In this document: positions 48,569 through 61,859 of the stretch, in pieces | How the letters are laid out: every line of letters begins with the position of its first letter | Position numbering within the stretch: the first letter of the stretch is position 1 | NCBI GenBank assembly: GCA_963713975.1 | Contig: OY970218.1 | Span: 2,176,001-2,240,000, forward strand | Origin: an uncultured Chloroflexia bacterium | GTDB taxonomy: Bacteria > Chloroflexota > Limnocylindria > Limnocylindrales > CSP1-4 | DNA length: 64,000 bases | Direction: 5' to 3' | Notes under the pieces: model-generated | The model's input: only the letters and a program-made list of their open reading frames with translations | Told to the model about the DNA's origin: nothing | Database searches by the model: none | Translations under genes and position numbers: made by a program

Positions 48569-49182
48569 TTGGACACGAACCGCTCCGATCCTTGGCGCCG
48601 CTTCATCACCGGCGTCCTCGCAAGTGCCGTCGCCTTTGGCGCGATCGCGGTCAGCCCGCTTCCTGTTGCGGCCGAGTGTGATGGCCCCGTCCCATCGTTC
48701 CGAGACGCCCTCGCCACCGCCAAGCGCGTGGTCATCGGAGATGTGATCGCCGTGCGCGACGGCGGCCTCGCCCGGGCTGCGACTAACAATGGATGGTCGA
48801 GCCGCTTCACGCTCCGAGTCCGTTACACCCCCGTCGGCGACGCCGGGCGAACGATGGAGATCAACGATCTGCCGACGCAGCCCTGCGCAGGCGTCATCCA
48901 GGCTCGCGAAGGCGATCGGATCGCGCTCGCGTTTGACGCCACCGACTTCAGCCCGGCGATCCAGGTCAACACGGTCGCCTGGATCCGAGGCACGCCGTGG
49001 GATCCGTCGGCGTTGAGAGGATCACCGTCGCCGAGGTCTTCCGGCTGCTCCGGCTGACGCCGCCCGACACGGCGACGCTCCCGGAGCCACCAGCGCAGGA
49101 GCTTCCCGTCGGCCTGATCGTCGCCCTGGCAGGATTGCTCGCCGGAAGCCTTGCCTGGCGTCGGCGCCTACTCGCGAAGTAG
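48569..49182 (+). pseudogene. Passenger B: secreted TIMP/NTR-like protein with PDTAT sorting signal, apparently frameshifted near 48999-49001
   Basis: Signal peptide PVAA|EC; REGDR shared with passenger A; PPDTAT-TM-RRRLLAK lies in another frame and is joined by adding one G to the GGG run. Confidence 0.72.
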
Positions 49183-49237
49183 TGCGAGGCTCGCCCGGAG
49201 CTTCACCGTCCCTCTCGTGTGCGCGGTCAGCAAGGCG

Positions 49238-50683
49238 CTACGGGCGCGTTGACCCGATGGGCGGTCGTCGCGGGGGTCGCTGAAGTGCCTTCTGCCCAGT
49301 GGCGCGCTCCCGAGCTCGGCGCTTGTGCTGTCTGACAAGGGCCGCCGCTCGTATCGGCCCCCGCCTGACGTTGACGGCTCGGATGGCGTCGTAGAGCGAC
49401 GAGGAACCGTGATCGTCGAGCGAGCGCCGCGGAAGTCGAGGCCGGCCCTTGTTGCGTAGAAGGTCGCGGCGGATGATGTCGCGGACGCTCCGCTCGGTCG
49501 CAAGCCCGGCCATCTCGAGGCCCATGAGGTCGAACACGAGCTCGAGCCGGGCTCGGTTGCGGAACACGAGCCTGCGGTCCCCAAGCCGATGGACGACCTC
49601 GCGGAGAACGGTCTCGAGCCCGCCGATCGAGAGCGGCCGGTTCGGATCCCGGACCCGCCACTGGCGTTCCATGAGCCGGCGGTTCGAGCTCATCCAGGCG
49701 AGCGTCTGCCTCGCACCGGCGGCGTGCATGTCGGCCTCGAGCTGCTCCCACCGCGCCCGGTCGCCGATCGCTCCCGGCATCGCCCGCCAGAGCGCGCTCC
49801 TGCGGTCGAAGCCGTCGGCCGCGAGCCGATTCTCGGCGAGCATCCGCAGGTGGGCCTCGCAGACGTAGACCGTCGCCTTCGGCCACGCCGTCTTGATGGC
49901 TGACACGACCGCCTTGCCCTGGTCGCACACCACCCACGATGGCGCGTTCGGCCGTGACTTGAGCACCGCGAGCCACTCCACCGCGTCCCCGCCGCCGCGC
50001 GGAGAGAGCGCCGCAGCGCGGCCCGAGCCGCGCCCGTTCGGATACCCATACACGCCGAGGACGCTGACCGCGCCACGAAACGAGGTCTTCTCGCCGTCGT
50101 CGGCCACGTCCGTTACCACCACATCGAAGGTGGTCTCGTCGAGCGCGACACTGTCGGGCCAGGTCGGCGGGATCAGGGCGTCGCGGACGATCGTCCCGAA
50201 CATCGCGAGCTGGTCCGAGGCAAGCTGCCCGTGCGGACTCGCGCGAAGCATCCCCCACGAGGTCGGCGTGAGGCGGTCGGCGCTCTCGCGCGCATCACGG
50301 CTGGCGCGGCGCATGCTGATCCCCTGCGCGACCTGGACGACGGCGTGCGCGGCTTCCCGAACGGTGAAGGACTGGCGCCGTGTCGTCTGCGGCCCCTCGT
50401 GCCGGTCGAGCGTGTGCTCGCACTCCTCGCAGAAGTGCGGCGTGCCCGCGCCCGACGTGCGATGCCGGCGGGCGAGCCGCTCGATGAATGGGTGCGGCTT
50501 CTCGCCGTTCGCGTGGAGCGGCGGCCGCTTGCCCGTTCTCGGATCTATCCGGGGCACACAACGAAATCGCGGCCGCTCGTGGTGCTGGGTGCGCCCGTAG
50601 AAGCCGTCGAGCCACACGTCGCCCTGGTGCTTCGGGCACTCCGGTCGTCGGGCTGTCTGAAATCCTCGGCTTCGGCATCTCAC
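49238..50683 (-). CDS. Mutator/IS256-like DDE transposase (start uncertain; possible 5' frameshift at 50660-50662)
   Basis: CPKH..RFRCVP..CEEC; VALDE, VVCDQG, CEAH, SIGGLE; colinear with transposase A. Confidence 0.83.
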   Translation of the reverse strand: MRCRSRGFQTARRPECPKHQGDVWLDGFYGRTQHHERPRFRCVPRIDPRTGKRPPLHANGEKPHPFIERLARRHRTSGAGTPHFCEECEHTLDRHEGPQTTRRQSFTVREAAHAVVQVAQGISMRRASRDARESADRLTPTSWGMLRASPHGQLASDQLAMFGTIVRDALIPPTWPDSVALDETTFDVVVTDVADDGEKTSFRGAVSVLGVYGYPNGRGSGRAAALSPRGGGDAVEWLAVLKSRPNAPSWVVCDQGKAVVSAIKTAWPKATVYVCEAHLRMLAENRLAADGFDRRSALWRAMPGAIGDRARWEQLEADMHAAGARQTLAWMSSNRRLMERQWRVRDPNRPLSIGGLETVLREVVHRLGDRRLVFRNRARLELVFDLMGLEMAGLATERSVRDIIRRDLLRNKGRPRLPRRSLDDHGSSSLYDAIRAVNVRRGPIRAAALVRQHKRRARERATGQKALQRPPRRPPIGSTRP

Positions 50684-50724
50684 TGGGGTTGTCGGCCATC
50701 CGAGTGTCAGGTCGGATGGCACAG

Positions 50725-50772
50725 AGGTCCCGAGTGGTGCGTTCGGTAAACCCCTACTGACGCGAGACTTCA
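50725..50772 (-). repeat. TIR of element B (transposase 5' side)
   Basis: AGGTCCCGAGTGGTGCGTTCGGTAAACCCCTACTGACGCGAGACTTCA. Confidence 0.94.
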
Positions 50773-51010
50773 ACCGGCGCGTCACCGGCGCGCCACCGTG
50801 GGTCACCGTGTGGCGTGCGCACGATATCTGGTTGCATGCGCCGGGGACGTGCGGGGGAAGCACGTACATTGCCATTTCGGGGCGGTGCCAGCGTGCTGTG
50901 CTGTCGTGACCATGTCCGGGACGCACGGCCGGGACAGATGACCACGGAAACCGTGCGTCGGACGCACGCCTGTCGCGCCGTGGCAGCGGACCCGCGGCCT
51001 GAACGACGCC

Positions 51011-54000
51011 CTACTTCGGCTTCCTGGACTTCGACTTCGCCTTGGCGCCGGACTTCTTCTCGTCGGACTTCGCCTTGGCGGCCTTCTTGCCCTTCGCCTT
51101 GTCGGCCTTCTTGCCGCGGTCGGCGTGGGGCACCCCAGGGGTTTCGGGCGCCGCCGGGAGCACGGGCACGGATGCCGTGGCCGGGTCGGGCTCCGGAGCA
51201 AGGGGCGGGTCCGTCGCGGGCTGCGGGCTGGCGGGGGCTCCGAGGGCCTCGCGCAACCTGTCCACCCGATAACCGGACGAATCCGCGGCCTCGGTGAGGG
51301 TTCGCTCCAGCACCGAGTGTCGGACCGGCCGACGGGACCGGTCCGCGCCGGCCGCCAGGATCCACTCCAGGCGGTCCGTCCAGGCGAGCAGCTCGTCCCA
51401 CGACTCGCGGTGGAACCACTCCACGCCATCCCAGGCGTTGATCCTGATGAACGGCCGCACTGCCGGGTGCGCCAGCCACGCATCCACGAGCCGCAGCGGC
51501 AACGTGGCTGCCGGCCCGCCGAGCGATGACGGCAGGGGCAGGTCGAGCAGGGTGCGCACACGCTCGGCCGCCCACCATGCGGCACCTTCGTCCAGGCCGC
51601 GTCCGCGCAGGGCATCGGCCACGACCGGCGCCAGCCGCAGCTCCTCGTACCAGGCCCGGCTCGTCGGCCCGGCGGCCGCACCCTCGGGCAGCGCTCCGAG
51701 CGGTGCGAGCAGTGCCCAGACCTGGAGCGCCGCCGCCTGGGAGCGGTCGTCGATCGCCTCGGCAAGGCCGAGCGCCGCCGAGTACCGCGTGACGATCAGG
51801 TCCACGACGGCGACCCGGTTGCCCGTGGTGCCCGTCGCCTCCGCGACGGCGTCCACCACCCGGACGGCCGCGTCCCGGTTGGCAATTCCATCGACGGCCG
51901 GCTCGTTGATCGCGGCCCGGACGGCGTCATGCGCGGGGCTGAGCTGCTGGTCGCGCAGGGCGTCCTCGAGCGACGGCACGCCCCGCTCGCCGAGCCGTCC
52001 GGCCAGGCGCCGCCAGACGCCGGCGGCGTCGTGCAGCTCGCGCAGCTGCCAGAACACCGCGGTCTCGTACGCGTGCAGGTTCACGTGCAGGCCCTGGTCG
52101 CGGATCTCCGCGACCGATCGCAGGTACTCCAGCGAAGTCCGCTGGTCGCGGAGCACGAGCCAGCGGTCGTCGGCCGGGCCATCGGCGATCCCCAGGCCGT
52201 CCGCGAGCGTGCGGCGCTCGAGCCGCTTGGTGCCGTCCTCGTCCTTGATCGCGAAGGCGGCGGAGTCCCGGATCCGGCCGGACGTCTCGCCGTAGCGGTT
52301 GTGGTACACGACCAGTGAGCGCGACGGGCCGTTCCCGTTGGAGTAGGCGAACACGTTCTCGTCGACGCCGCCCGCGTCGTGGGCCAGGTCGTAGAGCAGG
52401 AAGTCCCGGGCCTCGGCGAAGTCGCCGCGCCGGTGGAGCAGCGGCACGATCTCGCGTTCGTGGCGGGCGACCAGCCACTCGTCCGGTCCCTCGTCGAGGA
52501 ACGCCCGCCGGAACTCCATTCCGTACTTCTCGGTGAAGCCCTCGAACTGGCCGTGCCCGAACATGGGCAGGCCCGGCAGCGTCGCCAGCAAGGTCGCGAT
52601 GCCGACGTATTTGTCGCCCTTGCCGAACTGCTCGACCGCCGTCTTCTCATCCGGGTTGTTCATGAAGTTGACGTAGCGCTTGAGGATCTCCGGGTCGAAC
52701 TCCAGGGTCTCCTTGAGCACCTTCCGGTACCCGGCGTTGTCCTCGTCGCGGAGCATGTGCATGAAGGCGCTGTTGTAGACGCGGTGCATGCCCAGGGTCC
52801 GGACGAAGTAGCCCTCGAGCATCCAGAACGCCTCGGCCAGCAGCAGGGTGTCAGGCACCTCAATGGCAACCCGGTCCACGACCTCGCGCCAGAACTCCGC
52901 CGGCATCAGGCGGTCGAAGGCGGCCTGTGTCAGTGCATGCTCCGCCCGCGACGGGATGCCGTCGCCGGCACCCGGGAGCGGCCACCACAGGCGCTGGACA
53001 TGCCTGCGGGCCAGGACCATGGCGGCGTCGAACCGGATGACCGGGAACCGGCGGGCGACATCGAGGATCGTCCGGATGACCTGCTCGCGGACCTCGGACG
53101 AGATGAAGTCGAGCTGGGCCGTGTCGTTCCAGGGGAAGCTCGTGCCGTCGTTACCGTGGTAGATGTAGCGGGTCGTCCCGGTCTGGTGATCGTAGTGTTT
53201 GAACACCACCGCGGCGTCGGTCGCGTCCCAGTAGTGGTCCTCGAGGACGATCGAGGTGCGTCCGTCGGGTGACAGGTCGGGCCCGTTGAAGCCGTACGCG
53301 GGGTAGGGTGACTCGGGGACGGAGAGGAACCACTCCGGGTGATCGATGACCCAGTGGGAGTCGATCCCCATGTGGTTGGGGACCATGTCGCTGGCGAGGC
53401 GGATGCCGCGCTCTCCGGCGCGATCGCGCAGGTTTGTGTACGCCCACTCGCCGCCAAGGTCGTCGGCGATCCGGTAGTCGTCGAGCGAGTAGGCGGAGGC
53501 GACGGCGTCCGGGTTCCCGCGCCGGCGCTTGATCGTCTGCGACGCCGGCGAGCGCTGCCACAGGCCGATGAGCCAGAGCCCCGTGATGCCGCGACGCCGG
53601 AGGAGGTCCAGCTCCTCGTCGGGGATGGCGTCGAGGGTGCGGATGTCGCGCGCGTAGCGCTTGGACAGCTGGTCCAGCCAGACATAGGTGCTCTTGGCCA
53701 CGAGGACCAGGCGCGGCATCCAGTCCGCGTCGCTGCTGAAGCGCTCGACCTCACCCTCCATGCCGGTGAACTCCGGGGCCTCGACCGGCCCTGCCCCGCC
53801 GCCGCCGAACCGCCGGTGCATCCCACGCTCCTCCTCGGCCAGGACGCCGATGGCCAGGTCGAGGCGGTCCAGGAGGCCGCCGAGGTCGTCTCCGAGGATC
53901 GCCGACCAGTGCTCGCGCACGTACCGGAGCTGGCCGGTGAGCGACGTGGGGGCATGCCTCGCGGGTGCCCGCAGCAGGTCGAGGATCCCGGCCCGATTCG

Positions 54001-54558
54001 CCGCCGCGGCATCCACCGCGGGGATCGGCTCGCTCCCGGCGAAGAAGGATTCGAGCTCGACCAGGGCTGCCGCGTACTCGTCCGTCTGGGCGAGCGGCCG
54101 CTCGTCGAACAGCTCGCGGATCGGAGTCGCGGCGGGGTTCTCGTTGGCAAGGTGCGTCAGGAGCATCTCGCTGACGAGGCTGGCCCGGTCCTCGGGACCT
54201 GGCAGGCGCGTCGGGAACGCGTCGGCAAACCGCTCGAACGCCCGGTCGGCGTCCGGCCCGAGGCTCGTCCGGATGCTCGCTGCCGCACGCAGGCGGGCAT
54301 CGCTCGCGACCGTCGCCTCGTAGCGCTCGACGAGCAGGTGGGAGATCTCGTGGAGCAGGGTGAGGGCCGCAACGTCCCCGGCCTGGACCCATGCCGCACC
54401 GGTCGGACGGGCCGCATTCATCCTGGCCGCCACGACGCGTGACGTCGGGCCGTCGGCGAGGCCTGTGTCGCCACGCCGGCCGGTGGGCGCGGCATCCATG
54501 CCGTAGCGGGTGACTGCCTGGCCCGCGACGCGCAGCGCCGCGGCCTCCGCACGCTCGC

Positions 54559-54562
<4 letters not shown>
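51011..54562 (-). CDS. Large GH13 alpha-amylase-family protein with helical extensions and Lys-rich tail
   Basis: DMVPNH, IRFDAA, LAEAFW, NNPDE regions; TLPGLPM. Confidence 0.85.
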
Positions 54563-57956
<3,394 letters not shown>

Positions 57957-57957
<1 letters not shown>

Positions 57958-59999
57958 CAGGATTGTCCGCGGATATGCAGGACGCGGGCCGGGAGCACCG
58001 CCGGGTCGATCTCGAGCGGGATCCGGTCGCCGGTCCAGCGCTCGACCGTGCCGGTGATGAGATCCTCCACCTCGAAGGGCCGCTGCGGGTCCAGCCATAG
58101 CTCGCCCAGGTCCAGCCTCAGCGTTCCGCTTCGGACCGCGTGGGGGTCCAGGCTGACGATCGTGAGGATCCGGTCGGAGCGGTCCTCGGTGAACCGGGAC
58201 CAGGCAAGGAGCTGCTCGCCCTCGACCGCGTGGACAGCGAGGCCGGTGTTCGCCTGGAGCGCCGGGTGCGCCCGCCGGATCGCGTTGATCCGGCCGATCA
58301 GCGGGGCGATGCTGACGGGATCGTCGAGATCCCAGGTCCGCTGCTGGTACTTCTCGGAGTCCAGGTACTCCTCGCTGCCGGGCTCGCGCGGGGTGTTCTC
58401 GCACAGCTCGTAGCCCGGTCCGTAGATCCCGATGCTCGGCGAGGACATCGCGGCCAGCACGTAGCGGGCCTGGAACATCGGCCGGCCTCCCTCCTGGAGG
58501 GTGGCGTGGAGGATGTCGGGCGTGTTCGGCCAGAAGTTCGGCTTGAAGAAGTCCGACACCGGCGGGCGTGAGAGCTCGCGGAAGTACTCGCCCAGCTCGC
58601 GGGCCTGCGTCCGCCAGGTGAAGTAGGTGTAGGACTGGGTGAAGCCCACCTTGGCGAGCCGGTACATCACCTTGGGGCGCGTGAACGCCTCGGCCAGGAA
58701 CAGCACGTCCGGATGGTCCGCCTTGATCCGCGCGATGGCCCACTCCCAGAACGGGAAGGCCTTCGTGTGGGGGTTGTCGACCCGGAAGACCCGCACGCCC
58801 TGCGCGATCCAGTGCCGGAACACTCCCTCGAGCCAGGTCCACAGGCCGCGCCAGTCCTCGGACTCGAAGTCGAACGGGTAAATGTCCTGGTATTTCTTGG
58901 GCGGGTTCTCCGCGTACTGCACGGTGCCGTCGGGGCGCTGCCGGAACCAGGTCGGGTGCTCCTCCACGACCGGGTGGTCGGGCGAGGCCTGGAAGGCGAT
59001 GTCGAGCGCGATCGCGATGCCACGCACGTCCGCAGCCCGGACCAGCGCGCGGAAGTCCTCCAGCGTGCCGAGCTCCGGATGGACCGCGTCGTGGCCGCCC
59101 TCAGCGGAGCCGATCGCCCACGGGACGCCGGGATCGTGCGGCGTGCACTCGGTGCTGTTGTTGGGGCCCTTGCGGAACGTCCGGCCGATCGGATGGATCG
59201 GGGGCAGGTAGAGCACGTCGAAGCCCAGGTCGGCGACGTACGGCAGGCGCGCGATCACATCCCTGAACGTGCCGTGGCGGCCCGGGTCCGGCGACGCCGA
59301 TCGCGGGAACAGCTCGTACCAGGTGGAGAACCTGGCGAGGCGCGGCTCGACCAGCAGCTCCAGGACGGGCTCGTGGACGGTCTCGTGGGCGCGGTCCGGG
59401 TGGCGCTCGACCAGCCCGTCCAGGTCCTCGTCCAGTGCGCGACCCGCATCGCCGCCCGCCAGCCGGCCCGACCGCAGCTCGTTGGCCCACTCGACCAGTG
59501 ACCGTGCGTCCGCCGCCTCGCCGCTCGCCTCGGCCCGTGTGGCGGCGGCGTCCACGAGGGCGCCCCCGATCCGCAGGTCGACTGCCACGTCCTGGCCCGC
59601 GTCGAGCCGCTTGCGCAGGTCCCGCCGCCAGGTCGCCCAAGCGTCGACCCACGCGGCGACCGTGAACGCCTGGCGCCCGGGCCCGTCCGCCGGGAACGTC
59701 GCCCGCCAGCGATCATTGCCCAGCTCATCCATCGGCGTCTCGATCCACGGAGCCCCGGGTTCGGGTCGCCGCCGGAGCCGCACCCGCACGACGTCGTGAC
59801 CATCGGCGAACGCATCAGCCTCGACCACCACGGTGTCGCCGACGACGCGCTTCGCGGGGAACCTGCCGCCGTCCACCATCGGGCTGATCGCCTCGATCAC
59901 GGTGCGGCGGCGGCCGTCGACGGGCTTGTCCGGGCCCGGATGAGGAGCGCGTGCCTGATTGAGGATGGGGGTCTCCCTTGGATCGTCCGTGGAACGCAC
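57957..59999 (-). CDS. glgE: Alpha-1,4-glucan:maltose-1-phosphate maltosyltransferase
   Basis: [42 protein letters not shown]. Confidence 0.95.
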
Positions 60000-60098
60000 G
60001 GGGATGCGGGCCCTCGTCCGGCCCGCCGCGCCCCCTGACCCTAGGCCACGTTCGCGGAGGGTGTCAAACGTGGTCGCGGCAGGGGACGGGAGCAGGCG

Positions 60099-61859
60099 CT
60101 ACCCGACGATGACGGCCGCGCTCATGGGCGGCAGGTGGACGCCTCCGGGGCTGACGGCGACCTCGGCAGCGGAGGCTGCGGCCAGGCGCATGTCGCCCCG
60201 CCGGGCCGCGTCCGGCCAGGGCACCGTGACGGGATCCGGCCCGAGGTTGGCGATCACCGAAGCGCCGTCCCGGTCGAGGGCGATCCAGCCCTGGCCCGGC
60301 TCCCACCGGACTGCCGGTCGACGACCGTCGCGAAGTGCCGGGACCTCGTGGCGGAGCGCGATCAGCCTCCGATACCACTCGAGCATCGCGGCATGCGGTT
60401 CGTGCGTGGCCTCGGTCCAGACCAGGCGGGACCTCGCCAGCGTCGCCGGGTCCTGCGGGTCCGGGACCTGGTCGGGGGTCCAGCCGAACGCGGCGAACTC
60501 GCGCCGCCGCCCCTCGCTCACGGCCGCGGCAAGCGCCGGGTCCTCGTGGTCGGTGAAGTAGAGGAACGGCGTGGACGCCGCCCACTCCTCGCCCTGGAAC
60601 AGGAGTGGGACGAATGGTCCGCAGAGCACGATGGCCGCCGCGACCCGCGCGGCATCCTCGCCGGTGATGTGGGCCAGTCGCTCGCCGGCGGCCCGGTTGC
60701 CAACCTGGTCGTGGTTCTGGCTGAACGCCACGAACCGCGCCGGGTCCAGCCCGTCTGCCGCGCGCCCGTGGCGGCGGTCGCGGTGTGCGGAGTGGCGGCC
60801 CGCGTAGACGTAGACGTCGGTCATGGCGCGCACGATGTCCGGGAGACCGACGAAGTCCTCGTAGTAGCCGCTGCGTTCGCCGGTCAGGGTCACGTGGATC
60901 GCGTGGTGGAGGTCGTCGCTCCAGGTCGCGTCCAGCCCGTAGCCGCCGATCGCCGGCGAGCGGACCAGGCGGGGATCGTTGAGGTCGCTCTCGGCGATCA
61001 GGACGAGGTCTCGTCCGGTGGCCAGCGAGAGCGAGCGGACCTCGTCCGCCGTCTGCTCCAGGAGGTGCGTGGCGGCGGTGTCGACGAAGGCGTGGACGGC
61101 GTCGATCCGCAACCCGTCGACGTGGTAGTCGCGCAGCCAGCCGAGGGCGTTGTCGATGAAGAACCGGCGGACCTCGTCGCTGCCCGGGCCGTCCAGGTTG
61201 ACCGCGGCCCCCCAGGGCGTGCGGTAGCGGTCTGTCTGGTACGGGCCGAAGGCGCCCGTGTAGTTCCCGTCGGGGCCGAAGTGGTTGTAGACGACGTCGA
61301 GCAGCACAGCGAGGCCCCGCCCGTGGCATGCGTCCACGAGCCGCTTCAGCCCATCCGGCCCGCCGTAGGGCTCATGCGGTGCGAACAGCGCGACGCCGTC
61401 GTAGCCCCATCCGTGGACACCCGGGAACGCGTTGACCGGCATCAGCTCCACGTGGGTGACGCCGAGGCCGACGAGGTGGCCGAGGCGGGCGACGACGCCG
61501 TCGAACGTACCCTCCGGGCTGAACGTGCCCGGGTGCAGCTCGTAGATCACGGCGTCCGCGAGGGGTCCGGGTCGCCATGCGTCATCGGTCCACGGGAACG
61601 TTCCGTGGTCCACGATCCGGGACGGGCCGTGGATGCCCTCCGGCTGCCAGGCGGAGCGGGGATCGGGGATTGGTGCCCCGCTGTCGAGGGCGAAGCGGTA
61701 GTCCGTCCCGGTGGTGACATCGGGCCACCGGCCGGACCACCAGCCGCCCCCGCTCGCCGTCATCGGGCGCCGGTCGCCCCCACCGGTGTCGGTCCCGACG
61801 ACGATATTGACGGCGCTCGCCCCGGGCGCCCAGACCCGTACCTCGTGGGCGTTCGTCAC
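60099..61859 (-). CDS. treZ: Malto-oligosyltrehalose trehalohydrolase
   Basis: WGYDG, DVVYNHFGP, GLRIDAVH, QNHDQVGNR, FQGEEW. Confidence 0.95.
   Translation of the reverse strand: MTNAHEVRVWAPGASAVNIVVGTDTGGGDRRPMTASGGGWWSGRWPDVTTGTDYRFALDSGAPIPDPRSAWQPEGIHGPSRIVDHGTFPWTDDAWRPGPLADAVIYELHPGTFSPEGTFDGVVARLGHLVGLGVTHVELMPVNAFPGVHGWGYDGVALFAPHEPYGGPDGLKRLVDACHGRGLAVLLDVVYNHFGPDGNYTGAFGPYQTDRYRTPWGAAVNLDGPGSDEVRRFFIDNALGWLRDYHVDGLRIDAVHAFVDTAATHLLEQTADEVRSLSLATGRDLVLIAESDLNDPRLVRSPAIGGYGLDATWSDDLHHAIHVTLTGERSGYYEDFVGLPDIVRAMTDVYVYAGRHSAHRDRRHGRAADGLDPARFVAFSQNHDQVGNRAAGERLAHITGEDAARVAAAIVLCGPFVPLLFQGEEWAASTPFLYFTDHEDPALAAAVSEGRRREFAAFGWTPDQVPDPQDPATLARSRLVWTEATHEPHAAMLEWYRRLIALRHEVPALRDGRRPAVRWEPGQGWIALDRDGASVIANLGPDPVTVPWPDAARRGDMRLAAASAAEVAVSPGGVHLPPMSAAVIVG

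Larger units (their letters stand above)
48413..50772 (-). mobile_element. Mutator/IS256-like transposon B (2360 bp) with passenger gene
   Basis: 48-bp perfect TIRs (48413-48460, 50725-50772); 8-bp TSD ACCGGCGC (48405-48412, 50773-50780); DDE transposase. Confidence 0.92.

Noticed and set aside
50810-50845. CACGATATCTGGTT resembling an NrdR box inside a weak palindrome
   Set aside because: Single imperfect copy with no nrd gene nearby; not enough support.
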